A stretch of 64,000 bases of DNA from Dehalococcoidia bacterium (GTDB lineage: Bacteria; Chloroflexota; Dehalococcoidia; Lucifugimonadales; JADFKI01). A program made the position numbers and the translations under genes. Under the pieces are notes generated by a model, which worked only from the letters and a program-made list of their open reading frames with translations, made no database searches and was not told the DNA's origin. Location: NCBI GenBank assembly GCA_965203895.1, contig CBDBDI010000003.1:200584-264583 (forward strand), given 5' to 3'. Below, one piece after another: positions 44,618 through 50,991 of the stretch. Positions within the stretch are counted from its first letter, which is position 1. Each line of letters starts with the position of its first letter.

Positions 44618-44653
44618 GTTTAACGCAAAGGCGCAGGGACGCAAAGGGGATGG
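44618..44653 (+). repeat. Dispersed octamer-periodic repeat, full copy
   Basis: gtttaacgcaaaggcgcagggacgcaaaggggatgg. Confidence 0.85.
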
Positions 44654-44742
44654 GTAACAGGGAATGTGTATAGGCTATGCGCCTGCTGCTTGGCAAGCTC
44701 TGCTCACGCCGTTTTCACATATCCGAAACTTTCGTGTATAAT

Positions 44743-44776
44743 ACGCCGCAGCGAATAATGATTATTCCTGCGGCGT
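44743..44776 (+). other. Long near-perfect hairpin in the acyl-CoA synthetase upstream region
   Basis: acgccgcag-c-gaataat-g-attattc-ctgcggcgt forms about 16 bp with one bulge. It is preceded by tgtataat and followed by atgcttttggg. Confidence 0.6.
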
Positions 44777-44888
44777 ATGCTTTTGGGCGCGCAAGGGCGC
44801 ATATGCGCGCTGCAGGTTCGCATCCGAATAACTGACTGGCGGCGGCACAGATTGCCGATTGCCGCTATTGAACTATGGAGGCAAGACG

Positions 44889-46649
44889 ATGACGACTTCT
44901 TCTTCCTTTCCCACTATCACCAAGCCGGCTATCGAGGATATGGCGGTGAAGCCTAACCTCGACTATGACAAGACGCGCGGCAACTTCGATTGGCAGCAGA
45001 TGTACGATGAGCTGGACTGGCTGCCGGGCGGCGGGCTCAACAAGGCGCACGAAGCCATCGACCGCCACGCCAACGGGCGCGACCGCGATAAGATAGCGAT
45101 GATTTGGGAAGGGAAGAACGGCGAAAAAGAAACCTACACCTTCGGGCAGATGAAGGAACAGACCAACAAGTTCGCCAATGTGCTGAAAAGCCTCGGCATA
45201 GAGAAGGGCGACCGCGTGTTCATCTACATGGAGCGCCTGCCCGAACTCTACATCGCCTTCTTCGGCATACTGAAGGCGGGCGCAATCGCGGGGCCGCTGT
45301 TCTCGGCGTTCGGGCCGGATCCGGTCAAAGACAGGATGCAGGACAGCGCCGCCAAGGTGCTGGTTACGCAGCCGGATTTGCGGCGCAAGATTACGGGCAT
45401 CATCCCCGAACTCTTTGAGCTGCAGCATATGCTCATCGTCAACAAGAACAACCGCGATCCCGTGCCGCTGATGTCGGGCGATCTGAGCTACGAAGAAGAG
45501 ATGGGAAAGGCTACCGCCAACTTCGAAACGGTGGTTACAAGCCAGTACGACTACTCCATTATGCACTACACATCGGGGACGACGGGCAAGCCCAAGGGCG
45601 CGGCGCATCGACATCAGGCGGTAGTTCAGCAGTACGCCACCGGCAAGTGGGCGCTTGACCTGCAATCGGACGACGTGTATTTCTGCACGGCGGATCCGGG
45701 CTGGGTCACCGGCACATCCTACGGGATGCTCGCCCCGTGGACTAACGGCGTTACGCAGCTCATATATGAGGGCGGCTTCCGCGCAAGCAAGTGGTATCAA
45801 CTGATACAGGATTACAAAGTAACGGTGTGGTACACCGCGCCCACGGCTATCCGAATGCTGATGAAGGCGGGGGACGATATTCCCAAGCGTTACGATATGT
45901 CATCGCTGCGCTTCATCGCGAGCGTGGGCGAACCGCTGAACCCTGAGGCGGTGGTATGGAGCGATGCGGTGTTCGGCATGCCGTTCCACGACAACTGGTG
46001 GCAGACCGAAACGGGCGCTATCCTGTGCGCCAACTACGCCTGCCAAGATGTGAAGCCCGGCTCTATGGGCAGGCCAATTCCGGGCGTGGAGCTCGGCATC
46101 GTGGACGATGAGTACAAGCCCGTGCCTGTGGGCGAAGACGGCAATCTGGTTGTGCGCCCGAACTGGCCGTCTATGTTCCATACCTATTGGAACAACACCG
46201 AAATGTACAACTCGCGCTTCCGTCAAGGATGGTACATCACCGGAGACCGCGCCCGTGTGGACGAAGACGGCTACTACTGGTTCGTGGGGCGCGCCGACGA
46301 CGTCATCAACACGGCGGGGCATCTGGTCGGGCCGTTTGAGGTGGAAAGCGCGCTGATAGAGCATCCGGCGGTCGCCGAAGCGGGCGTCATCGGCAAGCCG
46401 GATCCGATAGCGATGGAGGTGGTGAAGGCGTTTGTGTCGCTGAAGGACGGGTATGAGGAAACGCCCGAACTTCGGCGGGACATAATGCGCTTCAGTCGGC
46501 AGAAGCTGGCGGCGGCGGTTGCGCCGCGCGAGCTGGACTTCGTGCCGACGCTGCCCAAGACGCGCAGCGGCAAGATTATGCGACGGCTGCTGAAGGCGCG
46601 CGAGCTGGGGCTGCCTGAGGGGGACATCAGCACGCTCGAAGACGATTAG
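44889..46649 (+). CDS. AMP-forming acyl-CoA synthetase (acetyl/propionyl-CoA synthetase-like)
   Basis: MHYTSGTTGKPKGAAHRH (AMP-binding motif), WWQTETG, YITGDRARVDEDGYYWFVGRADDVINTAGH, PKTRSGKIMRR. Confidence 0.85.
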   Translation: MTTSSSFPTITKPAIEDMAVKPNLDYDKTRGNFDWQQMYDELDWLPGGGLNKAHEAIDRHANGRDRDKIAMIWEGKNGEKETYTFGQMKEQTNKFANVLKSLGIEKGDRVFIYMERLPELYIAFFGILKAGAIAGPLFSAFGPDPVKDRMQDSAAKVLVTQPDLRRKITGIIPELFELQHMLIVNKNNRDPVPLMSGDLSYEEEMGKATANFETVVTSQYDYSIMHYTSGTTGKPKGAAHRHQAVVQQYATGKWALDLQSDDVYFCTADPGWVTGTSYGMLAPWTNGVTQLIYEGGFRASKWYQLIQDYKVTVWYTAPTAIRMLMKAGDDIPKRYDMSSLRFIASVGEPLNPEAVVWSDAVFGMPFHDNWWQTETGAILCANYACQDVKPGSMGRPIPGVELGIVDDEYKPVPVGEDGNLVVRPNWPSMFHTYWNNTEMYNSRFRQGWYITGDRARVDEDGYYWFVGRADDVINTAGHLVGPFEVESALIEHPAVAEAGVIGKPDPIAMEVVKAFVSLKDGYEETPELRRDIMRFSRQKLAAAVAPRELDFVPTLPKTRSGKIMRRLLKARELGLPEGDISTLEDD

Positions 46650-46659
46650 GGAATGCGCT

Positions 46660-47070
46660 ATGACGCTTAAAGAACAGCCCATAGAGAGCCACGAAATCCA
46701 CAGTCGGCGTCTGTTGGCGCACGCCGAAGAGTGGCTTGAGAAAGGCGATCGCCTGCAGGCTTCCGAGAAGGCATGGGGTGCTGTGGCTCACTACTTCAAA
46801 GTCATCGCGGATCGGCGCGGGTGGGAGTACGAAACGCACGCCGACGCCTTTGAGGTGGCGCGCAGTTTCGCCGTTGAGCAGGATAACCCGACGATAAGAA
46901 CGCTGTTCGATGTGGCGCATGGGATGCGCATAAACTATTACAAGGACGCCAAGACGCTTGATTACATCAGAAGGCAACTCGACGATGTGAAGGCGCTGCT
47001 TGACATACTGCAGCGCGCGGAGCCGCCCGTTGCGCCTGAAGGCGGCGATGGCGCTCTCAAAGACAACTAA
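46660..47070 (+). CDS. PaREP1-like (HEPN-fold-like) protein, copy 1
   Basis: HSRRLLAHAEEWLEKGDRLQASEKAWGAVAHYFKVIADRRGWEYETH resembles the PaREP1 signature as I recall it. Family assignment is from memory, not from a search. Confidence 0.55.
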   Translation: MTLKEQPIESHEIHSRRLLAHAEEWLEKGDRLQASEKAWGAVAHYFKVIADRRGWEYETHADAFEVARSFAVEQDNPTIRTLFDVAHGMRINYYKDAKTLDYIRRQLDDVKALLDILQRAEPPVAPEGGDGALKDN

Positions 47071-47082
47071 AAGCGCTGTGGG

Positions 47083-47358
47083 ATGCCCAAAAGCCAAGCA
47101 ACCGGGAAAGTGAAAGACATGCAGCGTGAACGGATACGCCTGTGGTGGGACGGCGAAGGCGATTTTCTGTATGTCGCTTTCGCGGATGGGGATGGCGATA
47201 TGGTTCGCACGCAGGACGGCAAGGCGATGGTCAAGGTTGACGATAACGGCAATGTTCTGGGCTTTCAACTGCTTGGCGTGTCCAAGCGCGGCAATGGGCG
47301 CAAGCCGCTGAGTGTAACGCTAACGCCTGAGACCGATGCTGACGAATTCGCACCTTAG
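47083..47358 (+). CDS. DUF2283-like small protein
   Basis: IRLWWDGEGDFLYVAFADGDGDMVRTQDGKAMVKVDDNGNVLGFQLLGVSK fits the YD-x-E-x-D-x-LY...G-x-(I/V)-x-G-(I/F)-E pattern of DUF2283. An alternative start is ATG 47119. Confidence 0.6.
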   Translation: MPKSQATGKVKDMQRERIRLWWDGEGDFLYVAFADGDGDMVRTQDGKAMVKVDDNGNVLGFQLLGVSKRGNGRKPLSVTLTPETDADEFAP

Positions 47359-47424
47359 TCCTGTAAGGTAATATAGCCCAAGTCCTGAATCTTTAGCGCG
47401 CCAAACCCAACGGGGGATGTTTCA

Positions 47425-47796
47425 ATGACAATCAGAGAGCGGCCGATAGAAAGCCATTTGGTACACAGCCGGCGTCTGTTGGCGCACGCCGAAGAGTGGC
47501 TCGATAAGGGGGACCGACTGCAAACATCCGAGAAGGCGTGGGGTGCTGTTGCCCACTACTTCAAAATCATCGCGGATAGTCGCGGCTGGGAATATGAGAC
47601 GCACACGGACGCGTTTCAGGTGGCGCATAATATCGCCATTGAGCAGGACAATCCACTCATAAGACAATACTTCTCCATAGCCTATGGTATGCACGTCAAC
47701 TTTTACGGGGACGCTAATCCACTGGAATTCCTTCGCGACGAGCTTGAGAATGTGAAGGAACTGATGGATATTCTGGAGCGCATAGACATAGAATAA
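47425..47796 (+). CDS. PaREP1-like (HEPN-fold-like) protein, copy 2
   Basis: Paralog of 46660..47070: HSRRLLAHAEEWLDKGDRLQTSEKAWGAVAHYFKIIADSRGWEYETH. Confidence 0.55.
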   Translation: MTIRERPIESHLVHSRRLLAHAEEWLDKGDRLQTSEKAWGAVAHYFKIIADSRGWEYETHTDAFQVAHNIAIEQDNPLIRQYFSIAYGMHVNFYGDANPLEFLRDELENVKELMDILERIDIE

Positions 47797-47854
47797 GCCG
47801 GTTCGGCGTTCCATCGAAATGCGGAGTTAACACAAACAGACAGAGAGGTTTTCA

Positions 47855-49087
47855 ATGAAGATAAGTTGGTTCCACCTGATGCCCTATCGCTTCCTGCCGA
47901 AAGACTTCGAGGACAAGTATCGCAGCGTCTGGGTGGATGTCCCCAGCCATCTGTTTGAGGCGAACAAGGCGCATCAGCTCTACAACGAGTATCTGGATGA
48001 GCTCGAGTTCGCCGACGAAGTGGGGTTCGATGGCATCTGCGTGAACGAACACCACAACAACGCCTACGGGATTATGCCATCGCCGAACATCACGGCGGCG
48101 ACGCTGACGCGGCGCACATCCAACGCCGCCATCATCGTGCTGGGCAACAGCCTCGCGCTGTACAATCCGCCGTTGCGCGTGGCCGAAGAGTTCGCGATGC
48201 TGGACTGCATCAGCGGCGGCCGGCTTGTGGCAGGCTTCCCGGTGGGCACCTCGATGGACACGAACTTCGCGTATGGGCTCAATCCGGCGACGCTACGCGA
48301 GAAATACTATGAGGCGCACGACCTCGTGATGAAGGCGTGGACGGAGCCGGAGCCGTTTGCGTTCAACGGCAAGTACAACCAGGTGCGCTACGCCAACATC
48401 TGGCCGCGCCCGCTGCAAAAGCCGCATCCGCCGGTGTGGATTCCGGGCGGCGGCAGCGTGGAAACCTGGGAGTGGACCAGCCGCATGAACTATGTGTACT
48501 GCTACCTGAGCTACTCCGGCTACATGCGCGGCATACAGGTCATGGACGGCTTCTGGAAAGAGATGGAGCGGCTGGGCGTTGACGATAACCCGTACCGCGC
48601 GGGCTTCCTGCAACTGGTGTGCGTCGCCGAAACGGATGAAAAGGCGAAAGAGCTCTACGCCGAGCATGTGGAGTATTTCTACAAGAAGTGCCTGCATGTG
48701 TATGAAGGGTTCGCGGACGCGCCGGGCTATCGCACGGTTCGCACGCTGAAGGCGGGCGCGGTGGCTCAGCTTGGGGCGGCCGCCAACAAGAAGCGGCAGT
48801 CGATGACCTGGGACGACTTCGTGGAGCAGGGATATGTGATCGCGGGCAGTCCCAAGACGGTCATAGAAAACCTGCGCAAGGCGGTCAACGGGCTGCGCGT
48901 GGGGCATCTGATGGTGCTGCTGCAGATCGGCAGTATGCCCAAAGACCTCACTATGAAGAACACCGAGTTGTTCGCAACCGAAGTGTTCCCCGAAGTGCAG
49001 GGGATGTGGGACGAATACGAAGACTACTGGTGGCCTGAGCCGATCGAAGAGCGCGAGGTTGCAGGCGCGGCATCGGCAGGCGCCTAG
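47855..49087 (+). CDS. LLM-class flavin-dependent oxidoreductase (luciferase-like)
   Basis: MKISWFHLMPY..ADEVGFDGICVNEHHNNAYG..LGNSLALYNPPLRVAEEFAMLD. Confidence 0.8.
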   Translation: MKISWFHLMPYRFLPKDFEDKYRSVWVDVPSHLFEANKAHQLYNEYLDELEFADEVGFDGICVNEHHNNAYGIMPSPNITAATLTRRTSNAAIIVLGNSLALYNPPLRVAEEFAMLDCISGGRLVAGFPVGTSMDTNFAYGLNPATLREKYYEAHDLVMKAWTEPEPFAFNGKYNQVRYANIWPRPLQKPHPPVWIPGGGSVETWEWTSRMNYVYCYLSYSGYMRGIQVMDGFWKEMERLGVDDNPYRAGFLQLVCVAETDEKAKELYAEHVEYFYKKCLHVYEGFADAPGYRTVRTLKAGAVAQLGAAANKKRQSMTWDDFVEQGYVIAGSPKTVIENLRKAVNGLRVGHLMVLLQIGSMPKDLTMKNTELFATEVFPEVQGMWDEYEDYWWPEPIEEREVAGAASAGA

Positions 49088-49131
49088 AACCGCTAATTCA
49101 CCGAACAACACACAAAAGAGGTAAATCGCAA

Positions 49132-49923
49132 ATGTCCAATCGGCAGGAAGACATAACGCTGAAGGTGGGCGGACTAGAGGCGCGGGTTGCCGCGAAAGGC
49201 GGCGGCGAGCCGCTAGTCTATCTGCACGGCGCATTCGGCTATCAGGCTTGGTATCCCTTTCTCGACAGGCTTGCGGCGAACTTCAGGGTGTACGCGCCGC
49301 TGTATCCCGGCTTCGCCGAGAACGCTGCGGTCGACGAGATAGACGACGTGCTTGACTTGGCGCTGTATCACTACGACTTGCTGGATGCGCTGGGCTTGGA
49401 TACGCCAAGCGTGGTTGGGCATTTCATCGGCGGCATGATAGCGGCTGAGATGGCGGCGATACGGCCGGGCAGCGTGCGCAAGCTTGCGCTGGCGGCGCCG
49501 GCAGGCATATGGCGGGACGACGCGCCGGGCGTGGACTACTTTGCGACTCCGATGGACGAACTGCGCGGCGTTCTGTTCGCCGACGCCAACTCCGACGCCG
49601 CCAAGGCGCTACTGCCGGAGCCGCAGAACGACCTTGAACGCGGCACGCAAATCATAGAACGCGCGCGGTCGTTGGCGACGGTGGGCAAGTTTCTATGGCC
49701 CATACCGGACAAAGGCATCAAAAAGCGGCTTGGGCGCATCACGGCGCCGACGCTGGTGATGGTGGGCGGCGAAGACAAGGTTGTGCCGCCCGCATACGGC
49801 GACGAGTTCGCCGCGCGCATAAGCGGCGCATCCCTGCAACGCTTCGACGGAGCGGGGCATATGCTGATGCTGGAGCAACCGCACAAGTTCGCGGATGCGG
49901 TAACCGAATTCCTGCAAGCGTAA
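49132..49923 (+). CDS. Alpha/beta hydrolase fold protein with an atypical nucleophile elbow (GHFIG)
   Basis: EPLVYLHGAFGY, VVGHFIGGMIAAE, LVMVGGEDKVVP, GAGHMLMLEQP. Asp and His are in place, but Phe (TTC) sits where the nucleophilic Ser is expected. Confidence 0.75.
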   Translation: MSNRQEDITLKVGGLEARVAAKGGGEPLVYLHGAFGYQAWYPFLDRLAANFRVYAPLYPGFAENAAVDEIDDVLDLALYHYDLLDALGLDTPSVVGHFIGGMIAAEMAAIRPGSVRKLALAAPAGIWRDDAPGVDYFATPMDELRGVLFADANSDAAKALLPEPQNDLERGTQIIERARSLATVGKFLWPIPDKGIKKRLGRITAPTLVMVGGEDKVVPPAYGDEFAARISGASLQRFDGAGHMLMLEQPHKFADAVTEFLQA

Positions 49924-49993
49924 CGGTAGCGCTTATCCGCTGACGGCAGCGGCGCATATTTGCAGATGGCGCAAGAGCATTGGCAGAATAGAT

Positions 49994-50040
49994 AAGAGCG
50001 GCGGACGCTTGAATTGCGTTCCGCCGCTCTTAGTTTTGTT
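49994..50040. terminator. Bidirectional intrinsic terminator between convergent genes
   Basis: aagagcggcgga-(14 nt)-tccgccgctctt forms a perfect 12-bp stem and is followed by agttttgttt. Confidence 0.75.
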
Positions 50041-50087
50041 TCGGATGTCGTCTTGCCGTCCTTGGGTTTGCGGCGGCGCGCCGGGGG

Positions 50088-50894
50088 TTAGCGATTCGCT
50101 TCAAGTTCGTAGTATTGGATTTCGCCGGCGTCTATGGCTTCGCGGGTTTCGTTGTCCACGCGGACGCCTGCGATTATGGGATATGCGGGCTTGCCGCTGA
50201 AGCGGGACAACAGCCCGGCCGAGCGGATGGCGCGCGTGGTCTCTCTGCCGTTCGCGGTGTACGATGCCTCCACCACTACATAGCACGGCGCGTCGTCGTC
50301 CGGCTCGACCGCCTCTGCGATGATGTCCGCCCCGCGGTAGCTTCGTAGGTGGCCTCTGGGAATGCCTTGTATGTTGGCGGCGCGTTCCAATGCGTAGATT
50401 TCTTCGCGGTCAAGGTTGCGAACCCAGATCTTGCCCAAATCTTCTACGATGTTGGCGATTTCACGCGCGGCCTTTCGCTCGGCGCTGTCCCCTTTGATGT
50501 CGGAGTTATCTCTTTCCATTCGGTCGAAACGCGCATCGATGTTGTCGAGTCGCCTGTTAGCAGCCTTGGCGAATGCGCGCATCTCTTCGGCGAATGCGCG
50601 CATTTCCGTTGTGAATGCGGCCAATTCGGCAGTGAGGGCATCCACCCTGACGGTGAGGGCATCCACCCTAGCAGTGAGCGCGTCCATTCTAGCGGTGAGT
50701 ATGGCGACTTCAGCGGTGAGCGCATCCACCCTGGCGGTGAGCGTGGCGACATTATCGGCAAGCGTCGCGTGCTTTTCGGGGAGTTCCAAGAGTTCTTTGG
50801 TTAGGATTTTGGCGCGCAGGGCTTCCAGCCATTCGGGATTTTCGTCCAGAATGCGAAAGAGGTCTTGCACGGTGTCGATGTTTGTTGTTGTCAT
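50088..50894 (-). CDS. Coiled-coil protein with a C-terminal PD-(D/E)xK-like module (unassigned family)
   Basis: Heptad tract LTARVDALTAEVAILTARMDALTARVDALTVRVDALTAEL. C-terminal GADIIAEAVEPDDDAPCYVVVEASYTANGRETTRAIRSAGLL. Confidence 0.55.
   Translation of the reverse strand: MTTTNIDTVQDLFRILDENPEWLEALRAKILTKELLELPEKHATLADNVATLTARVDALTAEVAILTARMDALTARVDALTVRVDALTAELAAFTTEMRAFAEEMRAFAKAANRRLDNIDARFDRMERDNSDIKGDSAERKAAREIANIVEDLGKIWVRNLDREEIYALERAANIQGIPRGHLRSYRGADIIAEAVEPDDDAPCYVVVEASYTANGRETTRAIRSAGLLSRFSGKPAYPIIAGVRVDNETREAIDAGEIQYYELEANR
50566..50753 (-). repeat. About nine tandem 21-nt (heptad) repeats inside the coiled-coil CDS
   Basis: Units such as gacggtgagggcatccaccct, agcggtgagcgcatccaccct and ggcgaatgcgcgcatctcttc recur with a 21-nt period. 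Confidence 0.8.
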
Positions 50895-50991
50895 TTTGTT
50901 GTCCGCTTTGGGAGCGATTAGTTAACGGGTATGCGATTGGCGTATGCCATTGTAGCATAGATAGCATAGGCAGCCGGGCTATCTCATTCCG

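Noticed and set aside
3841-44653. The dispersed repeats as integron attC sites, i.e. a gene-cassette array.
   Set aside because: Some copies begin with GTTTAAC, which fits the RYYYAAC inverse core. However, there is no matching GTTRRRY core, no imperfect inverted-repeat structure, no intI gene, and the flanked genes include obvious housekeeping genes.
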